Shown here: piece after piece, positions 18,674 through 28,421 of the stretch
Position numbering within the stretch: the first letter of the stretch is position 1
How the letters are laid out: each line of letters opens with the position of its first letter
Assembly (NCBI GenBank): GCA_038727135.1
Contig: JAVYWL010000001.1
Coordinates: 96,001-160,000, forward strand
Source of the DNA: Candidatus Bathyarchaeia archaeon
GTDB taxonomy: Archaea > Thermoproteota > Bathyarchaeia > Bathyarchaeales > Bathycorpusculaceae
DNA length: 64,000 nt
Direction: 5' to 3'
Made by a program: the position numbers and the translations under genes
The notes under the pieces: generated by a model
The model's input: only the letters and a program-made list of their open reading frames with translations
Databases searched by the model: none
What the model was told of the DNA's origin: nothing

Positions 18674-18776
18674 GGCACAATCCCTTCGATTCCTTTAATT
18701 AGAGTAAGGTTAACATTTTCTATTTAAATATTAATTTACAACGCTAATCTGCCAAAACTTAAAAAATCAACTTGGA

Positions 18777-19172
18777 CTAACCACGTGGTCGGCGGAAAAC
18801 AATTTTTTGCTTATTTTCGCGAAAAGTAATGTCAAAAAACTTGAATACGGAATCTCTGCCTAAAACTACGTAAGGTATAGCTTCAGGATTATAAGGCACA
18901 TAAGCTGGAAAATCTTTGAATCCCACAATTGGTGAAGACCCTTTCATAATATAAATATCGACTTTCGTTATAAAAGCCTGAAATTTTCCTCCGGCACCGA
19001 CAGCTGAATCTTCCTTGACTTTGGGTAAAGATAGCATATCTGCAAATTCAAATGGTATGAAAGTGGTTGTAGATCCAGAATCAATAAGACCTATTGTGCT
19101 TACTGAGGCTTGACCTGACGCCAATCTAACATGAACCATTGGAAGGCGTAAAAAATGATTTGTATTAGGCAT
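18777..19172 (-). CDS. Retropepsin-like (clan AA) aspartic protease
   Basis: GLIDSGSTTTFIP catalytic motif and VVLGRD; frame open upstream to a CTG at 19226. Confidence 0.85.
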   Translation of the reverse strand: MPNTNHFLRLPMVHVRLASGQASVSTIGLIDSGSTTTFIPFEFADMLSLPKVKEDSAVGAGGKFQAFITKVDIYIMKGSSPIVGFKDFPAYVPYNPEAIPYVVLGRDSVFKFFDITFRENKQKIVFRRPRG

Positions 19173-19239
19173 TTGATATGAAAGATAACGAAACGTTATA
19201 GCGCCTCGAAATCTTCTCGAGAACAGTTTTTATCTACCT

Positions 19240-19443
19240 TTAAAGAAGCATTACCTGGTCCGCAGGAACCTTTAAGACAAGCGGTTCCCGATCTGGATAT
19301 TTTTCTTTAGCTTTTTGAAAGACTTCCTTCCCTTTGTCACCCGTAGCAACTACCTGATCACCCACAATAGCTATCCATTTGCCAACGTATTTCCCTAGAT
19401 CAGGCATGGACATTAGACACTGGTATTCATTTTTTTTGGACAT
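19240..19443 (-). CDS. DUF5678-like small protein
   Basis: KYVGKWIAIVGDQVVATG...KAKEKYP. Confidence 0.75.
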   Translation of the reverse strand: MSKKNEYQCLMSMPDLGKYVGKWIAIVGDQVVATGDKGKEVFQKAKEKYPDREPLVLKVPADQVMLL

Positions 19444-19467
19444 TTTAATCATCTCAATAATTTAATA

Positions 19468-19659
19468 CTATTTTGTAGTAGTGTTTATAGCTTTCTCTTT
19501 AATAACTTTATTTCCTTTCGGAGAACTATTAATCCATAGTAACATTGCTTCTTCAATAGCTTCTGTGATGTTTCCTTTCCGCATTCCCTTCCTTCTGAAA
19601 ACTTCCTCTCTAAATTTTTTGTCGATTTCTTCTCTAACTTTTACATTTAATTTGCCCAT
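19468..19659 (-). CDS. RHH-type DNA-binding protein
   Basis: MGKLNVKVREEIDKKFREEVFRRKGMRKGNITEAIEEAMLLW. Confidence 0.75.
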   Translation of the reverse strand: MGKLNVKVREEIDKKFREEVFRRKGMRKGNITEAIEEAMLLWINSSPKGNKVIKEKAINTTTK

Positions 19660-19764
19660 TTTCTTCACCTTAGAATGCATGTTATATAGAGAAATGTAGA
19701 TATCCACATATAAATATTTCTACGTTATAATCGTGATTTACAAGAAATAACTATATATTTTATG

Positions 19765-20424
19765 CTACACCCGCAACTCAAAATTTGCTTTCGCGTTTTC
19801 AAGCATTTTTAAGAAGCTCATTTTAAGCCCTATTTTCCAGTAGCCTTGTATATCTGAGCGGTATAGGTAGATTATGTTGTCTTGTCTTAAGTTTTTTAAT
19901 GCTTCGAGAACTTCGTCCGGGTTTGCTTTAATTTTTTCTGCGAGTTCAAACAGGTCTTTGACTAGGATAAATTTTGAGCCTGTTTCGTTGTAATGTTTTA
20001 GCAATACTTCTACTACTTCCTTTTCCACATTTTCTAAGCCTGAATTTTGAAGCCATAAACTAATCGGAATTTGTTTAGTGGTTTTTGGCTGGTTAGTTTC
20101 TATTTTCTTTTTATTTTCTTTTGATCTTTTTTCTACTTTCTTTCGATAATCTATTATATTATTGTATACGAAATCCAAATACTTAACAAATTCAACCCCA
20201 GAATCAGTCAAAAACCAAAAATCGCCATTTTTCAAGGCTAAACCATACCTTTCCATGTTCTTCAAATACCGCCAAACGTAGTTCTGGCTTTTTCCGCTTC
20301 TCTCTGCTAGGTCGCAGCAGCGTCCACCACCATCAAACAACATGTAAAGAAGCGTTACTGTGAAGCCTCTCACACGCCCAAGGGCAGTAGAAGTAGTAGA
20401 TAATAAGGTATAATTAACAGCCAA
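19765..20424 (-). CDS. Viral protein with two winged-helix domains (possible replication or regulatory protein)
   Basis: DLAERSGKSQNYVWRYLKNMERYGL and ELAEKIKANPDEVLEALKNLRQDNII. Confidence 0.6.
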   Translation of the reverse strand: MAVNYTLLSTTSTALGRVRGFTVTLLYMLFDGGGRCCDLAERSGKSQNYVWRYLKNMERYGLALKNGDFWFLTDSGVEFVKYLDFVYNNIIDYRKKVEKRSKENKKKIETNQPKTTKQIPISLWLQNSGLENVEKEVVEVLLKHYNETGSKFILVKDLFELAEKIKANPDEVLEALKNLRQDNIIYLYRSDIQGYWKIGLKMSFLKMLENAKANFELRV

Positions 20425-21926
20425 AAAATCATCTCACAAACTCTATTTCTGAAGCCTCGCTCAGTTATAGCGTAAAGCCTCTTCTGATAGCTTTCAAACT
20501 CCTCCTCAGTCATCAGAATAATGTGTTCGGGTTCTTCTTTGGCTGAGTGCATCAACCTTCCAAACCTTTGGCTCTCCTGCATTCTACTACCATACAAGAA
20601 GGCTACCTCTATGACACGCTCTATTCTTGGAAGGCTTATTCCCTCATCGCCAACACGACTAACAACACATGCTTGGCTTTCCCTTATAATTTCAAGCCTA
20701 TCCCTTGTTTCTCCGTAAACAAACGGTATATTGAAGGTTTTGGCTATCTTCTCGCCCAAATCAAGCCAATCACAGAAAATCAATGTTTTAACGGGTATTT
20801 GCAGCAGCTCGCCAAGCTTACGCATTTTCTCACGGTTGTCGCTTAAAATGTAAACTCGAAAAGTTGGTTCTCTTACCACCTGAAGCCTAATCAATTCTTC
20901 CCAGCTCATGCCCACCGGAAAGCCTGTTAGGGCTATGATGTAGTTTTCACGTCCATCCTCACGGTAGGGCGAACCGCTGAAGCCCATGCGATATTTGGTT
21001 TTCAAAGTTGCTAAGCGGACAAACGTGTTGGCTGGGAGATGCTGACATTCGTCAAAAATGATTAGGACGTATTCATTGTTTTTGACCTTGTCATAGGCGT
21101 GGTATGTGACAACTTCTATTTCATGGCGGTATTGGGGTATGTATTTGGCTATGCGTTCAAGCCACTGCTCCTTAAGCGTTAAAGTAGGCACAACAACGAG
21201 TTTTCTGCCCTTAACCCTCGCAAGGGCATATATTCCAAATAGGCTTTTTCCGCTTCCGAATGCCCAGAAAACTCCGATGGCTCCTTTATTCAGAAATTCA
21301 TTCCATGCATATTGCTGATAGCTTCGCAGTTTGATTCCATCATAGGGCCTAAGGTCTTCTTCTTTTACTGGAACGGGCATGAAGGGCAAAGTGCCGTCCT
21401 CAATCATCTGGGCGATTAGCTTAAACTCGTAGCCCTTCTTTATGCGGAGCCTGTCCTCGCCTTCACGCCTCGTTATAAAACGCTTGTATCGGCGTAGGGC
21501 TTCTTCTTGCAGTTCCTTGCCAGTCAGCAGCATGCCATCATAAACTTTGAAGGGCATGGGCTTAGCGAACTTGAACTTTTCTTCTAGGCTTGGCGGGATT
21601 TCGCTGAACCACTTGACGTAGCGGTTTACGACGAAGATGTTGTAGCTTTTTGTTGAGCGTTCAAGCCAGCCCATGCTGAAATTAAGCCATTTAGGAGCTA
21701 TAACATACCACTCATTAGCCCTTTTAGGAATAATCACATAAGGCTCCTCAAAGAAAGGTTCTAAAAATTCTCGGCGTATCTGGCTGAAGCGGAAAAGCTC
21801 CATTTTGCGCTCAAAATCGCTTTTAATCTGAGACTGCAAAACATCAATGGAATGCTTAAGTTCATCCAGCTTGGCGAGGGCTTCCATAACGGTTTGGCGA
21901 ACCTCAGCCGTGTTAAACTCGCTCAA
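20370..21926 (-). CDS. SF2 DExH helicase, XPB/Rad25-like; probable frameshift near the C-terminus
   Basis: GSGKS, DECQH, SGSPYREDG, GDEGISLP, QRFGR. Confidence 0.88.
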   Translation of the reverse strand: MSEFNTAEVRQTVMEALAKLDELKHSIDVLQSQIKSDFERKMELFRFSQIRREFLEPFFEEPYVIIPKRANEWYVIAPKWLNFSMGWLERSTKSYNIFVVNRYVKWFSEIPPSLEEKFKFAKPMPFKVYDGMLLTGKELQEEALRRYKRFITRREGEDRLRIKKGYEFKLIAQMIEDGTLPFMPVPVKEEDLRPYDGIKLRSYQQYAWNEFLNKGAIGVFWAFGSGKSLFGIYALARVKGRKLVVVPTLTLKEQWLERIAKYIPQYRHEIEVVTYHAYDKVKNNEYVLIIFDECQHLPANTFVRLATLKTKYRMGFSGSPYREDGRENYIIALTGFPVGMSWEELIRLQVVREPTFRVYILSDNREKMRKLGELLQIPVKTLIFCDWLDLGEKIAKTFNIPFVYGETRDRLEIIRESQACVVSRVGDEGISLPRIERVIEVAFLYGSRMQESQRFGRLMHSAKEEPEHIILMTEEEFESYQKRLYAITERGFRNRVCEMIFWLLIIPYYLLLLLPLGV

Positions 21927-22149
21927 ACCTTAGCCTCCAACAAGCTTCTAATCGGCCTAAAAACCAGAATGAAACCTTAAGATGGAAGGGTCTTGGCAAA
22001 CAAATTATTTGGTTAGCGTTAAATCCGAGCAGCTTTAAGTCTTCTAAACACCACTTGCAGACATGAAGTTGCCTCTCATCATTACCAAAAATAATCAAAA
22101 ACTCTGCCTCGTTACGTGTGAAAGGATAGCATAAAACGCAATGGGTCAC
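21913..22149 (-). CDS. Small hypothetical protein, possible Zn finger
   Basis: CVLC...CKWC; overlaps neighbours in an operon-like run. Confidence 0.5.
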   Translation of the reverse strand: MTHCVLCYPFTRNEAEFLIIFGNDERQLHVCKWCLEDLKLLGFNANQIICLPRPFHLKVSFWFLGRLEACWRLRFERV

Positions 22150-22469
22150 GATTCGCGCCTTCTGCTGAATATTCCCTCAAGGTGCGGCTTTACCTGGTGA
22201 AGTGAAAAAGCGTATTCGATTAGCAATCTCCACAATAGTTTGCTTTTAGCCTCTAAACGCTTGGCTAGTTTAGGTCCAAAAGTTGGGCTTATTTCCAACA
22301 TTTTCTCCACAACCTCAATTATCTCGTCATCTCGTGGACACCAGTCGGCCTCAAACATGCTACGGATGCGAAAATTGTCGTCTTTTGGTAGTTCAAACTC
22401 GATGCGTAATGTGGGATAGTTTGGATTAACCCTGTGAGAATCAACATCTTTGGTCACCCTCAAACGCAT
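22146..22469 (-). CDS. Hypothetical viral protein
   Basis: Part of a tightly packed minus-strand run. Confidence 0.55.
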   Translation of the reverse strand: MRLRVTKDVDSHRVNPNYPTLRIEFELPKDDNFRIRSMFEADWCPRDDEIIEVVEKMLEISPTFGPKLAKRLEAKSKLLWRLLIEYAFSLHQVKPHLEGIFSRRRES

Positions 22470-22478
22470 AAAAAGGCG

Positions 22479-22739
22479 TCAGCCCTGCTGAAGTATGTGG
22501 ACAAAACCCTGAAACTCATCAACCTCTACGGAGTCAACCCTATGCCCTAAGGCTTTGACACACTTTGCTAAGGCCTCGTCGACCTTGCCAACAAACTCCA
22601 CGACCCTTGAACCGCTGAAATAAACAACCTTCGTGATGTTGCCTTCGCCATCAGCCTGATAAAATACTGTTCCAAGCTCGTGCATGCTCTTACGCAGAAG
22701 CTCAGCATCCGTGATTTTGGCTAAAAGCTGAAGCTTCAT
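22479..22739 (-). CDS. Hypothetical viral protein
   Basis: GGAGGGAG upstream, ATGA coupling with the previous gene. Confidence 0.65.
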   Translation of the reverse strand: MKLQLLAKITDAELLRKSMHELGTVFYQADGEGNITKVVYFSGSRVVEFVGKVDEALAKCVKALGHRVDSVEVDEFQGFVHILQQG

Positions 22740-22927
22740 TCAACACTCCCTCCAGCAACAGCCTTCTCAACAACACGCGACTCTACATCAGCCAAAAAGC
22801 CAAGCTTCTCCTCAAGACGCTTAATACGGTGCTCATGATCAGCCAAAACATCAAGCGTATCCCGTAAGGCATAGGCTAAATCCTCAGCAGACTTCGCAAG
22901 AACCTTCAAGTCGCCTTTCTCACTCAT
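22736..22927 (-). CDS. Small coiled-coil viral protein
   Basis: HEHRIKRLEEKLG; 4-nt overlaps on both sides. Confidence 0.6.
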   Translation of the reverse strand: MSEKGDLKVLAKSAEDLAYALRDTLDVLADHEHRIKRLEEKLGFLADVESRVVEKAVAGGSVE

Positions 22928-23115
22928 CCGCTGGCCTCCCTTTTAGCTTTAGGCAATCTGCTTGTGGGATGTGGAATTGGATTCTCTTCCTTGTAGGATT
23001 TCAGCCCAAGCTTGATGATATATTCGATGAATGTGCTGCGTTTTGTTATTCCTCGCAGCTCGTCTATCTCCCGTAGTAGTTCAGGCTCGATTGTGAATCC
23101 AATTTTGACTTTCAA
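22924..23115 (-). CDS. RHH (CopG-like) regulator
   Basis: KVKIGFTIEPELLREIDELRGITKRSTFIEYII. Confidence 0.8.
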   Translation of the reverse strand: MKVKIGFTIEPELLREIDELRGITKRSTFIEYIIKLGLKSYKEENPIPHPTSRLPKAKREASG

Positions 23116-23246
23116 GGCGATGTTCTCCTAAAGGTTCTTTGGATACTTAGTATACATCGAAGAATTTATAAATCTAATTCCACTAATCATACTTGTAATA
23201 CCAAAAACGAAATAAACCACAAACAACAAAAAAGGATGGAACCGAA

Positions 23247-23666
23247 ATGAAAACCCTAAAAATCTCGGACGACGTTCACCAGAAGCTCACAGCCTTACTG
23301 GGCGAGTTAACAGCCCAAACAATGAAAATGCAAACTTATCAAGACGCAATAGAAGCCCTCCTAACCCAATCAGTAATAGTCCCGCCAGAGCTACTCCGTG
23401 AAGTAGAAGAGTTCATAACAAAAAACAAGCATAAAGGCTACACACGAAAAGAAGAGTTCATACGCCAAGCCATACGCTTCTTCCTAAAATGGGAAAGCGA
23501 AGAATACGAATACATAGAAATCCCAAAACAAAAATACGACAAACTAAACAAGGCAGTGAAACAAATGAACACGCCTTACTACAACGCAGAGGAATTCATA
23601 TATGACCAAATAGACAAAATCCTAGAACAATACGAAAAATGGCTAAAAGAAAAAGGAGAATATTGA
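23247..23666 (+). CDS. Multi-RHH regulator, divergent from the viral early operon
   Basis: MKTLKISDDVHQKL and SVIVPPELLREVEEFI...YTRKEEFIRQAIR. Confidence 0.75.
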   Translation: MKTLKISDDVHQKLTALLGELTAQTMKMQTYQDAIEALLTQSVIVPPELLREVEEFITKNKHKGYTRKEEFIRQAIRFFLKWESEEYEYIEIPKQKYDKLNKAVKQMNTPYYNAEEFIYDQIDKILEQYEKWLKEKGEY

Positions 23667-23734
23667 AAACATCAACTAAAATAAGTTCAATAAACAAGAA
23701 ATAGCGCAAGCAAATTACAAGAAAAGGGAATTGC

Positions 23735-23989
23735 GTGGAACAAAAACAGCGTTTATATGAGACATCTGATTATCGAGTAGTAAGTGTAAAGATCGTTAAT
23801 GATAGAATTTATCAGCTTATAGAAATAAGTTCACAATTTTCAAACAGAGAAGAACGTGCCGATTTTCTGCAGAAACTAGTTGAAACTACGGGAGCTATTG
23901 GATTAATAGAGTGGTGGCCAAAAGGCAGCATAGTTAAAAAACCGAGAAATGTCTTTCGATGCATTCTTATCTTTGGCATACGAAAATAA
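23735..23989 (+). CDS. Hypothetical protein
   Basis: 84-aa ORF at the head of the methyltransferase run. Confidence 0.45.
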   Translation: MEQKQRLYETSDYRVVSVKIVNDRIYQLIEISSQFSNREERADFLQKLVETTGAIGLIEWWPKGSIVKKPRNVFRCILIFGIRK

Positions 23990-24055
23990 TAAGTGCACGA
24001 TCACGTTTATATACGTGATGAGATATCAATAGTGTTAGCACAAGGGATAACCTAT

Positions 24056-24280
24056 ATGGTTGCAAATAATGATGCTAACACATCTTCATTCCTATCTCAG
24101 AAAGTTAAAAGGATATTAGCTGAAAATCCTGGACTCAGCATAAAAGAAATTGCGAAGGCAGTTGATGTTAACCGCCAATTTATGGCTGGTTTTCTAACAG
24201 CTATGGAAGAAAATGGAGAGATTTGTTCAAGGAAAGTCGGGCCTGCAAGAATATACTTTAACAATGAGGTGAAGAGATGA
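24056..24280 (+). CDS. Winged-helix regulator (possible R-M controller)
   Basis: NPGLSIKEIAKAVDVNRQFMAGFLTAMEENGEICSRKVGPARIY; abuts methyltransferase 1. Confidence 0.75.
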   Translation: MVANNDANTSSFLSQKVKRILAENPGLSIKEIAKAVDVNRQFMAGFLTAMEENGEICSRKVGPARIYFNNEVKR

Positions 24281-25156
24281 ATGAGTGAAAAAGTCGGCTT
24301 TAATGGGCTCACGCCAACAGAATGGACGCGTTTAAGCAAGAGTGTCTGGACTGCACGGGAGGTTAGCTCTCCTCGGGAATGGTATCATCTTGAACATGGC
24401 GCAACCTTCTCGGTAGCCCTAGCGGAGAGAGTCATAAAGATATACACTAAAAAAGGCGACTTAGTGTTAGATCCTTTCCTTGGTGTTGGAACAACATTAG
24501 TTGCCGCTAAAAAACTTGGTAGGAGAGGCATAGGGATAGAACTATACCCAAAATTTGTAGAACTTGCGAAGCAAGTTTTAAGTCAACAGACGCTGGTTGA
24601 AAGCCCAGAGCAGAAGATTATTCAAGGTGACTGTAGGGATCTTTTGCAATGGATAGAGCCAAATAGCGTGCAACTAATGTTTACTTCTCCACCATATGCA
24701 AACTTTATCCATCGCTCAGTTGAAGATAGAGCAAAGACCCACAAAACTTCAAGGCTTGTATTAGATAATAAGTCTGTAGTAAAGCCTTATGGAGATGATC
24801 CAAGAGATTTTGGCAATCTCCCGTATGATGCTTTCATAAAAGAGATTCAAGGTCTTATGGAAAAATTGTATATAGTTACAAAGCCTGGAGGCTATAACAT
24901 TTGGGTGGTCAAAGACCATAGAGATCCGCAAAATGGACGACCATTTATAGATGTTCACTCTGATATAGCACATGCCGGTGAGAGGGCAGGTTTTCTTTAT
25001 CATGATCTTATAATTTGGGACCAAAATGAGCAGCGAAGTCTAGTTTTGTTAGGTTATCCATCAGTTTTCTATGTAAACATAAACCATACCTTCCTAGTAG
25101 TATTAAGGAAACCTCTTACGGAAAATAGAAGGAAATCTTATGAAATTTCCGAATAA
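24281..25156 (+). CDS. DNA amino-methyltransferase 1 (SPPY, likely N4-cytosine)
   Basis: DPFLGVGTT (motif I) followed by TSPPY (motif IV). Confidence 0.9.
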   Translation: MSEKVGFNGLTPTEWTRLSKSVWTAREVSSPREWYHLEHGATFSVALAERVIKIYTKKGDLVLDPFLGVGTTLVAAKKLGRRGIGIELYPKFVELAKQVLSQQTLVESPEQKIIQGDCRDLLQWIEPNSVQLMFTSPPYANFIHRSVEDRAKTHKTSRLVLDNKSVVKPYGDDPRDFGNLPYDAFIKEIQGLMEKLYIVTKPGGYNIWVVKDHRDPQNGRPFIDVHSDIAHAGERAGFLYHDLIIWDQNEQRSLVLLGYPSVFYVNINHTFLVVLRKPLTENRRKSYEISE

Positions 25157-26327
25157 AGAAGAAATATTAAATGTAATACTGAATGCTCAAGATACTACTT
25201 ATCTAACTCATAACTTCCACCCATTTCCAGCCAAGTTTATACCTCAAATTCCAAATTTGATGATAAGGCTGTTTAGTCAGAGAAACGAATGCATATTTGA
25301 CCCTTTTTGCGGTAGCGGAACCACCCTTGTTGAAGCAAAGCTTCTAGGGAGAAATAGCGTAGGTGTCGATATTCACCCTTTAGGAGTTTTTATGGCAAAA
25401 GTTAAAACAACTAAGATACCTGAGGAATGTTTAAAAAAAGTGCCTGACCTTCTAAAAGCGATAGAAATAAAGATAGACGTATTTATTGGGAAACATTATA
25501 AAACCCTTCTTTCTTTTACCGAAAAAGCGGAAAATGAGGATTTGAACTATACACTTCCAAACTTCCCCAGAAGAAATCATTGGTTTCAAGAACATGTTTT
25601 GCACGAACTTGCAATCATAAAATCTTCATTAGTGAAGGATGATTTAAATCCCGATTTACGGGACCTTCTTCTTTTAGCATTTTCATGTATAATAGTTCCA
25701 GTTTCGAATCAAGATAGCGAAACACGATATGCGGCCGTCAAAAAGGAGATTTCACCAAAACAACCCTTTTTGCTTTTCAAGGAAAAAGTGCTGGATATGG
25801 TAAATAGGGTCAAGCTTTTCAATCGGGAAGCGAGTGATTGTGAGGCTAAGGTGTATCTTGCTGATTCAAGGAAACTTGATTTTATTGATGAAAATATTGC
25901 TGACTTCATCATAACGTCCCCGCCGTATCCTAATACATATGATTATTATCTTTATCATAAACTTAGAATGTTTTGGTTAGACATGGATTGGGAAAAAGCG
26001 AAGTTTAATGAAATAGGTTCCAGACTTAGACACTCTAGTCATAGGGAACCAATTGATACATATATAAAAGACATGACCCAATGTTTTGAACATTTTCGCC
26101 GAATTTTAAAACCGCAAAAGTTTTTTGTAATAGTTATTGGCGATTCAATTATCCGAAAGGAATTATGGAAGGGTGATGATGTGGTTTCTGAACTAGCCGA
26201 CAGATCCGGCTTTAAGGTTGTTGATAAAGTTGATTATAATCTCAGTTATGCAAGCAAAACGTTCAATCCAGCATTCAGAAATAAAACTAAGAACGAACAC
26301 ATTATTCTCCTTAAAAACGAAAAGTGA
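25140..26327 (+). CDS. DNA amino-methyltransferase 2 (SPPY, likely N4-cytosine)
   Basis: HPFPAKF, DPFCGSGTT, TSPPY. Confidence 0.9.
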   Translation: MKFPNKEEILNVILNAQDTTYLTHNFHPFPAKFIPQIPNLMIRLFSQRNECIFDPFCGSGTTLVEAKLLGRNSVGVDIHPLGVFMAKVKTTKIPEECLKKVPDLLKAIEIKIDVFIGKHYKTLLSFTEKAENEDLNYTLPNFPRRNHWFQEHVLHELAIIKSSLVKDDLNPDLRDLLLLAFSCIIVPVSNQDSETRYAAVKKEISPKQPFLLFKEKVLDMVNRVKLFNREASDCEAKVYLADSRKLDFIDENIADFIITSPPYPNTYDYYLYHKLRMFWLDMDWEKAKFNEIGSRLRHSSHREPIDTYIKDMTQCFEHFRRILKPQKFFVIVIGDSIIRKELWKGDDVVSELADRSGFKVVDKVDYNLSYASKTFNPAFRNKTKNEHIILLKNEK

Positions 26328-28150
26328 TGGTGATCATGATTAAGGAATTTAGGGTGTATTATGAATCTATAGAACAAGCCTACCACTATATCATTCCAAT
26401 ATTACAGAAGGCGCTGAGAGAAGCTCGAAACGTCGATATTAAACTAATTAAGTTAACTGGAAACTATAAAAGTTATAGCAAAAAGTTAGCTCCTATAATC
26501 TTTTGGAAAGAGCCCGATATACTAATAAGCGTAGTGGATGGCAATGAAGAATACCCGCTGATTCTTATAGAATTTTCAACCGCTGTTTTTACAGAAGATC
26601 ATGAACTTCAACGTTTTGATGGAATGATTGCAGCAGCAAAGAATAACGCCCTATACGCAAAAATATCTCCTACGGAAAAAATGTCCCCTTATGAACATGG
26701 AGGGAACATTGAATTTGATTATACACAACCATTCCGATTAATTTACTTGAAATATCGTAAACCGTATTTCCACTTTGAATGGAAATGTGACGAGAAAGGA
26801 ATGGCAATAACAGATCAGGAATACTGTTCATGTCCTGAACCCATACCTGAATTTGAAGTTTTGCTTTCAGCAATGATTAGGGAAATTACAAATAATGGAT
26901 ATTCAAAGGAATGGATTGATAATGTCTGTAATGTGCTGCAACGAATCGACTATTTTAAGAAGTGGTTAAGTAAACTTAGAAATAGCCCCCAAATAGATGT
27001 ATCTAAACTAAACACTTCCAGAACGCGTTACATTAAGAGAGACCCTATATTAAACTCAGAGGCATTAGAGGTTAAACTAAATAGATTTGGACATGCGATG
27101 GATCCCGAAAGAGGAATGTTAGCTTATTATGGAACTTTGACGTCGAATGTTATATCTAAGATGGTGTTTAGCCGTTTTACTGATGCATGGTATAAGGACA
27201 TACCAAAGGAGGATGAAATAAGGCAGCTTGTTAATGAAGGTCTTGTTAGCGTATATGACTTCTTGTATTGCTTCGCTCTTGGATCAGGTCTGTATGCAAA
27301 TGAAGAATTTATGGACGTTGTAGCTGCATATGAAAATTATGACGCAGATAACGTTGTAATTGACCTTACAGAATTTATTAAAAAGAACTTACATAGCTTG
27401 AGCAAGCCGTTAAAAACAATATTTATTTTTTCAAAACTTTTCGTCATTGAAGATGATACTGGTCAAAGGAAAGTTATATTTAAATGGGAGCCATATCATG
27501 AGCTTCATGCTTATGAAGATCACCCTGAAGTAACACCGATCACAGAAAGAAAGAAGCTTGATGAAGACGATGTAACTTACATAGTGATTCATAACATACT
27601 TAAGCCTAACGGATACAAAATAATTGCAGTGAGTTATCCAGGAGCCCAAGGAGACCGAAGAATTCTTGTTCAGCCAAAAACAGGACGCCGCCAACCAAGA
27701 ATATACATTGATATAATTTCATTTTTGCCTGGAAAAGTAACAAATCTTGTGGAAAACACAGGTGAGTATGCTCGACGTGATGTCCAAGAGAGAATAGATA
27801 AGTTATCATTGTTTAAGACAGAACAAGAATACATTCAAGGTCTTGACGACTTCAAGAAAATTTTCGCGCCAGAATCCGTCAATACGGTGACAAAAATAGG
27901 GGTAGGATTTTGGGCAAGCAACGCATTTACTCTTAATCATATCAAGGAGTTAGACCTAAAGGAACTAGATTATTTTGTTTACATAACACGTGATATGAAA
28001 CAGTGGAAAATATGGCGAACTGGCGAGGACAATATGTTTAGAATAAATCAAGGCATAGTTAGTGTTCCTAAAACTTACGACATACAAGATGCAACTGAAA
28101 GCTTTTCGCTCGAGAAGTGGGTTGATTGGCGAGCAAAGCAAACTTGTTAG
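26324..28150 (+). CDS. Putative restriction endonuclease
   Basis: Coupled to two methyltransferases; EPDILI...LIEFS resembles a PD-(D/E)xK core; AT-rich. Confidence 0.6.
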   Translation: MMVIMIKEFRVYYESIEQAYHYIIPILQKALREARNVDIKLIKLTGNYKSYSKKLAPIIFWKEPDILISVVDGNEEYPLILIEFSTAVFTEDHELQRFDGMIAAAKNNALYAKISPTEKMSPYEHGGNIEFDYTQPFRLIYLKYRKPYFHFEWKCDEKGMAITDQEYCSCPEPIPEFEVLLSAMIREITNNGYSKEWIDNVCNVLQRIDYFKKWLSKLRNSPQIDVSKLNTSRTRYIKRDPILNSEALEVKLNRFGHAMDPERGMLAYYGTLTSNVISKMVFSRFTDAWYKDIPKEDEIRQLVNEGLVSVYDFLYCFALGSGLYANEEFMDVVAAYENYDADNVVIDLTEFIKKNLHSLSKPLKTIFIFSKLFVIEDDTGQRKVIFKWEPYHELHAYEDHPEVTPITERKKLDEDDVTYIVIHNILKPNGYKIIAVSYPGAQGDRRILVQPKTGRRQPRIYIDIISFLPGKVTNLVENTGEYARRDVQERIDKLSLFKTEQEYIQGLDDFKKIFAPESVNTVTKIGVGFWASNAFTLNHIKELDLKELDYFVYITRDMKQWKIWRTGEDNMFRINQGIVSVPKTYDIQDATESFSLEKWVDWRAKQTC

Positions 28151-28205
28151 GTTTGCGCTGTTTACAAAAATATTAAGGTCTTAGCGAATTTAATTGATGC
28201 TTGAC

Positions 28206-28334
28206 ATGAAAGTAGGTAAGTGCGCATACTGCGGTCGTAAAACTTCGTTATGGGAATTGCTACGATATAATGGAGTATGCTCAAAATGTTTTGCCATAGA
28301 AATTAACAAAAAGAAACGGAAGCCGATCCTCTAA
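28206..28334 (+). CDS. 42-aa zinc-finger microprotein (not in ORF track)
   Basis: MKVGKCAYCGRKTSLWELLRYNGVCSKCFAIEINKKKRKPIL*. Confidence 0.55.
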   Translation: MKVGKCAYCGRKTSLWELLRYNGVCSKCFAIEINKKKRKPIL

Positions 28335-28421
28335 CGCTTTGCATATTTTATAATAGGATGGGCCCAATAACCAAGCGGGTAGGCTTCTGATTAAACTTTT
28401 TCACAAATAAAAAAGAAAGTT

